Shown: positions 10,878 through 20,645 of the stretch, in pieces
Layout: the number at the start of each line of letters is the position of its first letter
Position numbering within the stretch: the first letter of the stretch is position 1
Assembly (NCBI GenBank): GCA_965218975.1
Contig: OZ244717.1
Coordinates: 594,347 to 658,346, forward strand
DNA: 64,000 nt
Direction: 5' to 3'
From: Candidatus Oxydemutatoraceae bacterium
GTDB lineage: Bacteria; Pseudomonadota; Gammaproteobacteria; Poriferisulfidales; Oxydemutatoraceae
Position numbers and translations under genes: made by a program
The notes under the pieces: model-generated
The model's input: the letters and a program-made list of their open reading frames with translations, nothing else
What the model was told of the DNA's origin: nothing
Databases searched by the model: none

Positions 10878-11318
10878 TTACACTCTAACGGTAGGTAGGT
10901 ACAGGTCAGATCCCTTGTGCCGCATCGTCCATGGGCCGTACACGGCATTGTTTGACAATAGAGCATTCGTAAATTGTGCACGACCTTCATCGGAGAGATG
11001 ACGAAGAACTTCCAATGGTCCACAACCGACGCTCGTCTCGAAACCTAGAAGATAGGAATGTGGATTCTTTTCTAAAGAGCGACTAGCGAACCGCTTGCGC
11101 CAGTAGCCCAGGAACTCTTCAAACGACGGCTCCGCCGACAGATCGCAGTCGTCGTGTGGCACTTCCGTCGCATCAAGAGCGCGCAGCAACTTTTTGTCCG
11201 GTTCGTGGAAGTGCATATCCACAGTCGCATCATCGTCCCGACTTCCATCGCCCGGCACGATGTCGCCCGGCAGCAGCACGGAGTGCAAAGGCTGCCAAGT
11301 ACCCGCACGCATCCGCAC
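10878..11318 (-). CDS. Hypothetical 146-aa protein, middle gene of the island operon
   Basis: ORF packed between the ATPase gene (stop 11319) and the helicase gene with a GTG/ATG start immediately after the upstream stop; acidic N-terminus; no recognisable motif. Confidence 0.4.
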   Translation of the reverse strand: MRMRAGTWQPLHSVLLPGDIVPGDGSRDDDATVDMHFHEPDKKLLRALDATEVPHDDCDLSAEPSFEEFLGYWRKRFASRSLEKNPHSYLLGFETSVGCGPLEVLRHLSDEGRAQFTNALLSNNAVYGPWTMRHKGSDLYLPTVRV

Positions 11319-13247
11319 TCAGAGTTTCATGGGCCATAGTTCTCGCCCTTTCTGATCCTTTGGCCCCCGAACAATGGCATCAGCGTCTTCCACCGACAGC
11401 TTGCGCGAAGCGGTCCAGAACTCCTGATGAAGGTTCTCGCTTGCTTCTTGACCGGCGCCGCTTCCGAGGATGTGTTTTGCTACAACGTTGAACCTGTTCT
11501 CTGGCGACGGCAGCTTGAGGCCCAGCTTCTTCAACGCCGAAAGTGTGTCGGGGTCCGACGCCAGTTTCGGATGGACGCAAGACTTCGGGTCCGCGGGATC
11601 GTCTCCGTTCAGCGCATTGTCAGGCAGGAAGAGGCGTTCGGAATCGGGCGACCGCCAATCGCTGTTTGCTGTCAGGACGATATCGCCAAGTCCTTCGTCC
11701 GACCTTGCTTCGGACGGTATCGCTGCAGCCGTCTGTATCGCCGCCATGGACGCCCGAATCGCCTCGTCTCCTTCCTTGCCCTCCACGAGCGCCCGCAGCC
11801 ACACCGCGATCGGGGCCCTGGGCGCGGGCTCGCTATCGTGGGATCCATAATCTGACCGCTTCCGTTTCGGAGGAAACAACCGGTCAATGGTAGCAAGCCG
11901 ATTGCGTGTGAGTGCTTTATGATGAAGCCAATTGCGCGGACGGTCCGGGTATGCCGCCCAGCGCTCAAGCGGCTCTAGCTTTGAGGTTAACTCTTTCGGT
12001 GGGTACAAGAGGTTATTGTAAACACATAAGTTCCTACCTTGATCGGGGATAATTTCGCATTTGTGAAGATTAGTGAACAGGAGATCGCGAAGAAGATCGA
12101 CCTGTTTGGAATCGCCTCCCCCGTGTCGGCGCGGCAACGCATCCAAATGCTGGGCAGGGTCGTCATGAGTCGTGAGTTCCGGGAGCGCTTCGGCAATCAT
12201 CGCCGCCGCCGCTTTGATCAGCTCCTCATTGTACGCTCCCGGCAACAGATTCTGTCGATCCTCGTTGGTCTTCCATGGCGCATTAAGGATACCTGCGACG
12301 AGGCTCGCGGTGTCGGTCGGAAAGAATGCCCAGAATTGGCCCGGATCGGGCAACCTATTGAGCGGTACTGCCCACTGGATGCGCACCTTCTTGTCGCTGC
12401 CGTCCCCGGATCGCTGGTTGTCGTCGTCACGAGCATCACTCGACAGCGGGTGGGTGCACTCGAACAGTTTCCATTCATTGATCGTATCCTTGTTAGCTAG
12501 CGTATCCTTGTCAGCTAGGAGGTACTTGTCGTTGTCCCTCTCTAGCTCCAGCACGCGGTTCAACTTCTTTGAATTGTCGGTGAGCGTGATCTTCTTGACG
12601 TGTGCAACGAAAAGGAGAAACATCGGCGGGAAGCCCTGAATCTGCTGGGCAAGCTCCCCGTGCGCTCCCATCCTGAGGGGCAGGCGAACAATGTTCGTCG
12701 CCCAACTCATCAGTTCCCGCAATTCTTCATCCGTTTTCTTTGCGTCCTCGGGATCAACGGGCTCGGGTAGACGCAGCACCGGGTAGTGATCGGCCGGTGC
12801 GACCTTTGCTATGCGCTCCGCCGCGCGCCTCTTGTCGAAACGGAACGAACCTGAGCGGCTGTAGAACTCGGGCGCGTCGGTCACGCGCAAGACAGACTTG
12901 AAGCCGCGCCCGAATCTGCCGATCGCGGCGGTGTTCCGCTTGCTCGACATTCGGTCGAACATCAGCCCCTTAACACCGTCTTTATCTATGGGAGTTCCGT
13001 CATCGGCGCAGTAGAGGAATCCTTTCGTCAGGCAGATCAGGATGCGCTTCCCTTTCGGCGCATCAAGCAAGGCATCGGCACTGTTCTGGACGAGTTCGAA
13101 CAATTGGCGGTGGGCATATCCGCCCTGAGCTGTATCTTGTTCCAACCGGGCGTGTTCCGTTATCAGATTCGGTTGCTCGCGGTATACATTGAAGCTCTTT
13201 TTCGCTTCCTTGACGATGAACGCGCCCAACGGATCTTCAAGGACCAA
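11319..13247 (-). CDS. Sacsin/Hsp90-like GHKL (Bergerat-fold) ATPase with a ~400-aa unknown C-terminal region
   Basis: N-box ELVQNSADA, D.G.GM element (CADDGTPIDKDGVKGLM) and G-box IGRFGRGFKSVL align to Hsp90/sacsin/MORC motifs ELISNASDA and IGQFGVGFYS. The remainder does not resemble HtpG. Confidence 0.65.
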   Translation of the reverse strand: MVLEDPLGAFIVKEAKKSFNVYREQPNLITEHARLEQDTAQGGYAHRQLFELVQNSADALLDAPKGKRILICLTKGFLYCADDGTPIDKDGVKGLMFDRMSSKRNTAAIGRFGRGFKSVLRVTDAPEFYSRSGSFRFDKRRAAERIAKVAPADHYPVLRLPEPVDPEDAKKTDEELRELMSWATNIVRLPLRMGAHGELAQQIQGFPPMFLLFVAHVKKITLTDNSKKLNRVLELERDNDKYLLADKDTLANKDTINEWKLFECTHPLSSDARDDDNQRSGDGSDKKVRIQWAVPLNRLPDPGQFWAFFPTDTASLVAGILNAPWKTNEDRQNLLPGAYNEELIKAAAAMIAEALPELTTHDDPAQHLDALPRRHGGGDSKQVDLLRDLLFTNLHKCEIIPDQGRNLCVYNNLLYPPKELTSKLEPLERWAAYPDRPRNWLHHKALTRNRLATIDRLFPPKRKRSDYGSHDSEPAPRAPIAVWLRALVEGKEGDEAIRASMAAIQTAAAIPSEARSDEGLGDIVLTANSDWRSPDSERLFLPDNALNGDDPADPKSCVHPKLASDPDTLSALKKLGLKLPSPENRFNVVAKHILGSGAGQEASENLHQEFWTASRKLSVEDADAIVRGPKDQKGRELWPMKL

Positions 13248-13775
13248 CCCAATCCGATTTTCTGCCGGAAGCGGAATCGTATGCGCGCTTCATTCGCCTG
13301 ATCCGTATTGACGTTGATCAGAGTCATGCGCACGATACCAAAATAAGTCGGGGCATCTCAGCACTGCAGGATGTCTGAGTCTCATGGATGGCTTACGCAT
13401 ACTTAATCCTATCATAGCCCGACATGCTTTCGGAATGATGTGTACGGGGTCATCGCATAATTGCACAATTTGTGGCGGGCTTACACATGCTATTGCTTAT
13501 TCGAAAGAAGGAGATACACTGAATGGAGAAGGAGAATTGTAACTAACATAAAAGCATTGTAGAGGGCCGTGTGTGCGCTATTGCAGATGTATGATGCGTT
13601 TGGATGCCTTGCCGAATGTGCCGTTGATACGGCGGCATATACGCCTGTCGTTACCGACAAAATGAAATTTGCAGGGAAATTCGTGATGCATGTCGACTGT
13701 AAGGGCAGCGATTAATCCGGGAAGTTTGCTCACGGCTTTTTCAACTCTCCTGTTACGATACCAGGAATTTTTCAT

Positions 13776-14480
13776 TTGACTCAAGCTTTTAACTACACGC
13801 GTATTTCCGCAATCTGCCGGCCGCAAGCAGCATTGATTCTACTACATGGCCTTGGCGCCAATGCCGAAGATTTAAGAGAAGTGGTTGATGCGCTTGAGCT
13901 TCCGGCTAAGGATGCAACTGAGTTTATTTTGCCGCATGCCACTTTGCGTCCGGTTACTATTGCCGACGGGATGAACCTTTCGGCATGGTTTGACATTTAT
14001 GATAGACATCGAAATTCACCGGAGGATACAGTAGGTATCAACCAAAGCGTGCGGAAACTTGCCTGCGTCATTGATGAAACCCGGCAACGCGGCATTTCAG
14101 CCCAAAGAATTTTTATCGGCGGTTTTTCGCAAGGCGGCGCACTTGCTCTGCGTTATGCCTATTGTAGCGCTATACCTTTGGGCGGAGTTATCGGTCTGTC
14201 TTGCTACTTACCGTTACGCCACACCCGACCGGCGTTAGCCGATACGGATACCGGCAGAAACAACCCCCCGGTTTTCTTGTCCCATGGTGTCGCAGACGAT
14301 GTGATTCCCCTTGATTTCGCCGAAACCGCGCGTGATATTCTGCGCCGGCATCACTTTGACGTAACGTGGCGAACTTATCCTGTCGGACATCACTTGTATG
14401 CTCAAGTTATCAGCGATCTTAGCCGGTGGCTAGCAAAGAGATACAAAGTATTAGACACGTCTTTAACAAATACCGTTTAA
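13776..14480 (+). CDS. Carboxylesterase/phospholipase family alpha/beta hydrolase
   Basis: 234 aa; LLHGLGANAEDL, nucleophile elbow GFSQGG, later Asp (SHGVADDVIPL) and His (GHHL) forming the triad. Confidence 0.75.
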   Translation: MTQAFNYTRISAICRPQAALILLHGLGANAEDLREVVDALELPAKDATEFILPHATLRPVTIADGMNLSAWFDIYDRHRNSPEDTVGINQSVRKLACVIDETRQRGISAQRIFIGGFSQGGALALRYAYCSAIPLGGVIGLSCYLPLRHTRPALADTDTGRNNPPVFLSHGVADDVIPLDFAETARDILRRHHFDVTWRTYPVGHHLYAQVISDLSRWLAKRYKVLDTSLTNTV

Positions 14481-14553
14481 TGGAGAAATTTTTCGTCCTT
14501 GGGAGTAGTTTTCAAAGTGGCTTGCCTCTCTTGCGGCAGGATGCCCTCGCCAT

Positions 14554-15966
14554 TTAGTGCGGCGAAGACTCCAAATACTCTCGCGCACGTGCTAACTGAA
14601 TGCGCACTTGCTTCGGTGACGTTCCCCCATAACTATTGCGTGCGTCAAGCGCATGGCGTTCCGACAGCACCGTGAAGACATCGTCGGTAATCGCGGGACA
14701 AATCTTTTGCATGGCAGCAAGGTCTAATTCAACCAGTGCGCATTTCTTTTCAATCGCCAGCCGCACTAGCCGCCCAGCCGCAGTATGGGCGTCCCGAAAC
14801 GGGACTGATTTGCCAACCAGATAGTCGGCCAGATCGGTCGCTGTTGTGTAGCCGGACTTGACCGCCCAAGCCATCCGCTTAGGGTGAATTTGTAGCCCGC
14901 CGATGATTGCATCCAACATTAATACACAGCTGTGCACCGTGTCCGCCGCATCAAAAACCGGTTCCTTGTCCTCCTGATTGTCACGGTTATATGCTAACGG
15001 CTGCGCTTTCATAATTGTTAGCAGGGAAATCAAGCTGCCGTAGACTCTGCCGCTTTTGCCGCGAATTAGTTCCGCACTATCCGGGTTCTTTTTCTGCGGC
15101 ATAATAGATGACCCAGTGCAATGCGCATCGGACATTTCTATAAAATCAAAAGGTTGTGAACTCCATAAAACCAACTCTTCGCCTATCCGCGATAAATGCA
15201 TCATCAAAATTGCACCTGCGGCGCAAAACTCTATCGCAAAATCGCGATCGCTGACCGCATCCAACGAATTATCGCTCACTTCATCAAATCCCAATAGAGC
15301 GGCGGTATATTCGCGATCCGGCGCAAAGCCGGTTCCTGCCAATGCTGCTGACCCCAAAGGTAGAATATTTGTTCGCTGACGGACATCTGCCAGCCGTGCC
15401 CGGTCGCGTTTCAACATCTCAAACCATGCCAGCAAATGATGCCCGAAACTTACCGGTTGTGCCGCTTGCAGGTGAGTATAGCCCGGTAGCATTGTTTCAA
15501 TCTGCCGATCGGCGAGTGCAATAATACTACTTTGTAAATTCATTAACGCCACTTGTAGCCTGTCGATCACCTCGCGCAAGTAAAGCCGTAAGTCGGTTGC
15601 GACCTGATCGTTTCTTGAGCGTGCGGTATGTAGCTTTTTCCCTGTATCACCGATTAACGCGATTAATCTCGCCTCAATATTCATATGAATGTCTTCCAAT
15701 GCCGTTGACCACCGGAATTTCCCTCGTTCAATTTCCTCGCGGATTTGCTCCAAACCGCGCACGATTTGCGTCGCTTCCTCGTTGTTTAAAACCATCGCTT
15801 TTTCCAGTGTCCGGGCGTGTGCGATGGATACTTCAATATCCTGACGGTACAGCCTCCTATCAAATTGTACCGATGCGGAAAAAGTTTCCAGCACGGCACT
15901 GCTGTCTGCGTTGAAACGACCCTGCCATGGTTTTATCGGTTGGTTTGCTTTCTTTTTACTTTTCAT
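14554..15966 (-). CDS. argH: Argininosuccinate lyase
   Basis: 470 aa; fumarate-lyase signature region and SRNDQVATDLRL motif. Confidence 0.92.
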   Translation of the reverse strand: MKSKKKANQPIKPWQGRFNADSSAVLETFSASVQFDRRLYRQDIEVSIAHARTLEKAMVLNNEEATQIVRGLEQIREEIERGKFRWSTALEDIHMNIEARLIALIGDTGKKLHTARSRNDQVATDLRLYLREVIDRLQVALMNLQSSIIALADRQIETMLPGYTHLQAAQPVSFGHHLLAWFEMLKRDRARLADVRQRTNILPLGSAALAGTGFAPDREYTAALLGFDEVSDNSLDAVSDRDFAIEFCAAGAILMMHLSRIGEELVLWSSQPFDFIEMSDAHCTGSSIMPQKKNPDSAELIRGKSGRVYGSLISLLTIMKAQPLAYNRDNQEDKEPVFDAADTVHSCVLMLDAIIGGLQIHPKRMAWAVKSGYTTATDLADYLVGKSVPFRDAHTAAGRLVRLAIEKKCALVELDLAAMQKICPAITDDVFTVLSERHALDARNSYGGTSPKQVRIQLARAREYLESSPH

Positions 15967-16270
15967 AGATTATTATTATATCGTTAGCATATAAGCGGGC
16001 ATCTTCTGTTTGGAAACCATGTGCGCAGCAACAAAAAAGTTACATCGCGCCGGGCACATACCAGACCGACAATTCCCAATAAAAAAAGTGACCAGCATGC
16101 AATATCGGCATATCAGGCACCTTTTACTAGTCAGGCATTTATCCCGTATGTATCCGGTACTATACACCTATGCGCAAAGTTAGCATTGTAGGTATAATGC
16201 AAGAAGTGGTGCGGGGTGGAGGGCTAAGCTTGTTCTGCGTTGCTTCGGCAGGCGCGGGCGCAAAATAATT

Positions 16271-17179
16271 ATGCCTACAATGGATGCTATTAGCGAAGTT
16301 ACGGTTGCTTCAAAACCAGCCAGAAAAGGTATCCGCGAAGGCCGGGGTTGGCGTTTCTATTGCCAGTCTTCGGAGAAAATGCGGCAGGTCGGCGATGGCA
16401 GTATTGCTCTGACCATTACTTCGCCGCCCTATTGGAATGCCATAGACTACGACCTACACACGAGCGGCGGCGATGAAATATGGCACAGGCAAAGGGAGTA
16501 TTCGCAGTTCGGTAAGACCTACGGGGAATGGCTGGAGCGAGTGCGTCAAGTCTTTCAGGAAGTTCATAGGGCGACAATGGATGGCGGCTTTTGTGCCGTG
16601 GTCATCGGCACGATCCTCAAAGACCGGAAACATTATCCCGCCCCCTTTGATTTCACAGATCGGATGTTGAAAATCGGTTGGAAATTCCACCAGGACATAA
16701 TCTGGAATAAGGTAACGGGCGGCGTAAAACGAGCCGGCGTGTTTATCCAACATCCCCAACCGGGGTACTACTACCCAAACATCATGACCGAATACATACT
16801 GATTTTCCGCAAAAGCGAAACAATGCGCAGAGGTGCGGAACAAGCATTGCCGATAGATGAAGTCTTTAAGCGAGATATTGCCAACAATATTTGGCACGTT
16901 GCGCCGGTGCCACCGCGCACGATAGCGCACCCATGCCCCTACCCCGACGAGATCGTGCGTCGGCTTACCCTGCTCTACTCGCAACCTGGGGATGAAATAC
17001 TAGACCCATTCTTAGGCAGCGGTCAGACTGCAAAAGTAGCCCTCCGAAATAAGCGGCGTGTCGTGGGTTATGATATCGAGCAGCGATACATAGACTTGTC
17101 TGCCGCTCGTCTGAACGATACTAGTAGGCGAGAGTATCAGTTACTGCCGTCTTTTGAAAAGGTGAAGGCTGCGGTTTGA
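16271..17179 (+). CDS. Beta-class DNA amino-methyltransferase (N4-cytosine type suggested by the SPPY motif)
   Basis: Motif IV TSPPY near residue 50 precedes motif I DPFLGSGQT near residue 245, the circularly permuted beta-class order; SPPY rather than DPPY/NPPY favours N4C. Confidence 0.85.
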   Translation: MPTMDAISEVTVASKPARKGIREGRGWRFYCQSSEKMRQVGDGSIALTITSPPYWNAIDYDLHTSGGDEIWHRQREYSQFGKTYGEWLERVRQVFQEVHRATMDGGFCAVVIGTILKDRKHYPAPFDFTDRMLKIGWKFHQDIIWNKVTGGVKRAGVFIQHPQPGYYYPNIMTEYILIFRKSETMRRGAEQALPIDEVFKRDIANNIWHVAPVPPRTIAHPCPYPDEIVRRLTLLYSQPGDEILDPFLGSGQTAKVALRNKRRVVGYDIEQRYIDLSAARLNDTSRREYQLLPSFEKVKAAV

Positions 17180-17841
17180 TGGCGATGCCGGATGGCGGGA
17201 GAGGGCGCCCCGCGAGCTATAACAAGGAACGAGGTTATTTCCGTAGCCTCAAAGAAAATGTCTCGTGGCAGGCATTAGCGAAATATGAGCAGGCAATCAA
17301 AACCCTTTTAGAGAGATACAACACCACCATATACGAAAATCGCTTTATCGCCGGCGGGGCAGTAGAAGTCTTTACGCTGATGCTACTGTGTTCTGCGGGT
17401 ATTCCGGCGCAGAGCTACGGCGATGAAACTGCTGCCGGTGACGTTATCCTGCCTAATAAGCGGATGCTGTCCATAAAGGGAAGCTTTACGGGTTCGAAGG
17501 ATAGTATCCGACTAATTAACACAATGGGCGAAACGAAAGCGGTATGGTGCACTGCAACGTTATTCATAATCACAGGCTTGGGCATTGTGTATGGCGACCC
17601 TGTTATGTTGGAAGATGGTGATTTGTCCCGTGCCAAAGATGCTCTAATGCTTCGGCGGGCAGCGATAGATAGGTTCGCGTCAGATCCGGCTAATTTGATT
17701 GCGATAGATATTGCCCAAAAGCCGTCCAAGCAAATGACACGTTTTAGCCATAAGGCAAGCACTGCGGTTGCTCGTCAGATCATGTATGAGCAGCAGCTGA
17801 AGACGCTATTGTCGCAAGTCAATGGGCAACATAGTATGTAG
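17176..17841 (+). CDS. Putative cognate Type II restriction endonuclease (221 aa)
   Basis: Start ATGA overlaps the MTase stop (translational coupling); no family assignment possible by eye; the role is inferred from position only. Confidence 0.4.
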   Translation: MMAMPDGGRGRPASYNKERGYFRSLKENVSWQALAKYEQAIKTLLERYNTTIYENRFIAGGAVEVFTLMLLCSAGIPAQSYGDETAAGDVILPNKRMLSIKGSFTGSKDSIRLINTMGETKAVWCTATLFIITGLGIVYGDPVMLEDGDLSRAKDALMLRRAAIDRFASDPANLIAIDIAQKPSKQMTRFSHKASTAVARQIMYEQQLKTLLSQVNGQHSM

Positions 17842-17904
17842 GTCCCTTCTGTTTCTATGCCCCTTGTGTCGGATATATAATAACCGGGGCAGATAAGATA
17901 ATAC

Positions 17905-18909
17905 TTGCTCTTCCATTACCTCTTGACAGATATGAAGTCATTACGCTTGGAATTGCTCGCCGTAAAATATTGGCTCCTTGCCTGCTTGTGGGTCACAGCG
18001 ATGGCACTAGGATTCGGTTTGGCAACAACTTCCTCGCTTGCGCTTGAAGCCTACTGGTCCAACACTCTCGGGTTTTTTCTATTATTCCTAAGCGGATTGG
18101 GTGTTTGCTACGGTTGCTGTATAGCATATCGCCATCTGATGCAGGCCTCATCGCATTTCCTCCTCCTGGTCAGCGTATCTCTGATATTGCTGACGATTAT
18201 TGCTTACAATTTCGGGCACCTCTTGCCAGGAGTCCCCAGTCGTTACCCGCCCATCATCTTGGTTATCCTGACAAGCATTAGCGGAATACCATTATTGGGG
18301 ATAATGGCATATTATCATTGCCTTATCGAAACCACTCAAATCAGCGCGTTATATCATCAAATCCGTCTACATTTTCTGTTTAATACTCTAAATACTGCCG
18401 TTTGTCTGATTTCTTCACATCCGCGGGACGCAGAAAATACACTACTCGGTTTGACAAGTTTGTACCGCTTAATGCTAAGACAGGAGCCTTTTGTAAAACT
18501 CTACGAGGAAATTAACGTTGCTAAAGACTATATCCGAATAGAACGGATCCGTCTTGGCGCCCGTTTGGGAGTAAAGTGGAAAATACCCGCTCTATCGACT
18601 CTTCAGACGCAAGTCCCCGTTTTGCTCCTTCAACCGCTGGTTGAAAATGCGATTTATCATGGAATCGAAACAAATGCGCAGGGCGGCATTGTAACCATTA
18701 CTATCACCGAAGAGGAACGCTTCATCTTTTTCGAGATAAGCAACTCCGTTGATGCATCAGCCGGTCAATCAAAAGGCGGCCATATTGCCCAAGACAACAT
18801 CCGCCGCAGACTACTTCATGTCTATGGATCGGAATGTGGCTTTAGTTCAAACCATAACTCGAGTCAATACTGTGTGAAATTCTCAGTACCTCGGAGGAGG
18901 AATAGATGA
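17905..18909 (+). CDS. algZ: LytS/YehU-family sensor histidine kinase (AlgZ/FimS-like)
   Basis: Multi-TM N-terminus, His_kinase motif HFLFNTLN, C-terminal HATPase region (VENAIYHGIE); overlaps the downstream LytTR regulator by 4 nt. Confidence 0.7.
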   Translation: MLFHYLLTDMKSLRLELLAVKYWLLACLWVTAMALGFGLATTSSLALEAYWSNTLGFFLLFLSGLGVCYGCCIAYRHLMQASSHFLLLVSVSLILLTIIAYNFGHLLPGVPSRYPPIILVILTSISGIPLLGIMAYYHCLIETTQISALYHQIRLHFLFNTLNTAVCLISSHPRDAENTLLGLTSLYRLMLRQEPFVKLYEEINVAKDYIRIERIRLGARLGVKWKIPALSTLQTQVPVLLLQPLVENAIYHGIETNAQGGIVTITITEEERFIFFEISNSVDASAGQSKGGHIAQDNIRRRLLHVYGSECGFSSNHNSSQYCVKFSVPRRRNR

Positions 18910-19685
18910 TGAATATTTTAATTGTCGACGATGAACCATTGGCCGTGAAACGCCTGCATCAATTTATTGACAATACACCTGGCTACAATTGTGCCGGATG
19001 TGCTTTTGATGGAGTTGAGGCAGTACAAAAAGCGCATCAATTAAATGTTGACATTGTATTGATGGATATACGCATGCCGAAGATGGACGGTTTAACTGCC
19101 GCCCGACACATTCGCGATATGGAAAATCCGCCGGCGATTATTTTCACTACTGCGTTTGCCGAATATTCGCTTCATGCTTTTTCAATTCCCGCATCGGGCT
19201 ATTTACTTAAACCCATCATTCAACCCAAGTTGATCGCGGCAATTGAAAACATTAAAAGCATGACCCCACGCGCTATCAGCGAATCTCTACAGATTCCGCA
19301 TGAAAAAGAGGAGTATATTTGCTGTCGGCACTACGGAGAATTTTTGCTGATTGCATTTCGTCGCATCTACTACCTAAAATCCTCAACGAAGTATACACAG
19401 ATATACTACCATAACAGTTCGTCTTTAACGGAAAGGTCACTCAAGTCGTTTCTTGAGTACTATCCCGACAGACTGATCCGGATCAATCGGGGAATAGCCG
19501 TCAATCGAGCTTATTTGAGAGGATTACGACGAATAAACAATGATCAGTATGAAGCCATACTTTCGAAAGTGGGGAAGGGATTATTGGTTAGCCGGCGCAA
19601 TTTGCCGCATATACGCGCTCACTTGAATCAGATTGGGCACTCATTTCCGTTAGTGACCGAGTTGCCGGACGAGACCGATAGATAA
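18906..19685 (+). CDS. algR: LytTR-family response regulator (AlgR-like)
   Basis: Receiver domain (ILIVDDEPLA...DIVLMDIRMP) plus C-terminal LytTR DNA-binding domain; followed by hemC-hemD as in the Pseudomonas algR-hemC-hemD arrangement. Confidence 0.75.
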   Translation: MMNILIVDDEPLAVKRLHQFIDNTPGYNCAGCAFDGVEAVQKAHQLNVDIVLMDIRMPKMDGLTAARHIRDMENPPAIIFTTAFAEYSLHAFSIPASGYLLKPIIQPKLIAAIENIKSMTPRAISESLQIPHEKEEYICCRHYGEFLLIAFRRIYYLKSSTKYTQIYYHNSSSLTERSLKSFLEYYPDRLIRINRGIAVNRAYLRGLRRINNDQYEAILSKVGKGLLVSRRNLPHIRAHLNQIGHSFPLVTELPDETDR

Positions 19686-19718
19686 ACAAACACGGCTGAC
19701 GGATGTGGGTATCGTTTT

Positions 19719-20645
19719 ATGACTCTTGCAGTTTTACGTATCGCATCGCGTAAAAGCCCGCTTGCATTATGGCAAGCACGTTATGTTGCTTCGGTACTTT
19801 GCCGGCACTATCCCGAATGGAGTGTCGAAGTCATTCCTTTACTTACCAGCGGCGATACTCTGCTTGATCAACCGCTATCACAAAGCGGTGGGAAGGGTTT
19901 GTTTATTAAAGAGTTAGAGCAAGCATTGCTCGATCGTCGTGCGGATATTGCAGTACACTCCATGAAAGATGTACCGGTAACATTACCGATGGATTTGATT
20001 ATTACCGCGACCATGCAACGTGAAGACCCTGCCGACGCGTTTGTCTCGAATCGCTTCGTCGGATTGGAACAATTACCTGCCGGCACGACAGTCGGGACTT
20101 CAAGCCTCAGACGGCATTGTCAATTAGCGCACCGCTACCCCAATTTGATGATTCAGCCTTTGCGCGGTAATATCAATACACGACTTAAGCGATTGGATGA
20201 AGGGAAGTTTGACGCCGTTATATTGGCATGTGCGGGACTGAAACGACTGGGTTACGTGCATCGTATCAGTGAAAGAATTACTTTTGAAACTTGTTTGCCG
20301 GCAATCGGACAAGGAGCGCTCGGTATTGAGTGTTGTGCCGAAAATGTTAGCCTGCGCAAACGGCTGGAAGTTTTACACGACCAAACAACCGGGAATTGTG
20401 TAGCGGCCGAACGCGCAGTCAGTCAAGCGCTTAACGGGGATTGTCGTCTGCCGATTGCAGCGTATGCCGAACAACGCGAAACTCGGTTGCATTTGCAGGC
20501 GTGTGTCGGAAACCTGAATGGCACCATATTGCTTACGGCGCAGGCCATGGGCAACGACCCGCATATCACCGGAACTGAAGTTGCGCAAAATCTAATCGCG
20601 CAGGGTGCCGACCGGATACTTGCAGCGTGCCGTCATCAAACATAA
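19719..20645 (+). CDS. hemC: Hydroxymethylbilane synthase (porphobilinogen deaminase)
   Basis: 308 aa; LRIASRKSPLALWQA N-terminus and a conserved core. Confidence 0.92.
   Translation: MTLAVLRIASRKSPLALWQARYVASVLCRHYPEWSVEVIPLLTSGDTLLDQPLSQSGGKGLFIKELEQALLDRRADIAVHSMKDVPVTLPMDLIITATMQREDPADAFVSNRFVGLEQLPAGTTVGTSSLRRHCQLAHRYPNLMIQPLRGNINTRLKRLDEGKFDAVILACAGLKRLGYVHRISERITFETCLPAIGQGALGIECCAENVSLRKRLEVLHDQTTGNCVAAERAVSQALNGDCRLPIAAYAEQRETRLHLQACVGNLNGTILLTAQAMGNDPHITGTEVAQNLIAQGADRILAACRHQT

Larger units (their letters stand above)
8741..13300. other. GC-rich (~60%) genomic island inserted between fmt and an esterase gene; carries a 3-gene minus-strand operon
   Basis: Composition shifts from ~50% GC in flanking core genes to ~60% across 8.7-13.3 kb. 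Long antisense ORFs on the plus strand are high-GC artefacts. No integrase, tRNA or direct repeats were found at the junctions. Confidence 0.6.

Noticed and set aside
8783-11023. Full 746-aa extent of the helicase ORF
   Set aside because: The first 54 codons overlap the upstream 146-aa gene out of frame. ATG at 10861 gives a 16-nt intergenic spacer consistent with operon packing, so it is preferred.
11319-13247. Housekeeping HtpG (Hsp90) identity for the 642-aa GHKL ATPase
   Set aside because: Only the N-terminal ATPase motifs align. The middle and C-terminal regions do not resemble HtpG. The gene also sits in a GC-aberrant island with a helicase partner.
8741-13301. Long plus-strand ORFs inside the island (for example 8741..9403 220 aa, 9989..10339, 11427..11855, 12039..12500, 12172..12639) and nested minus-strand ORFs (8934..9281, 9082..9510, 9393..9764, 9568..9927)
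   Set aside because: They are antisense to or out of frame with the well-supported helicase and ATPase genes. High GC suppresses stop codons. None carries motifs.
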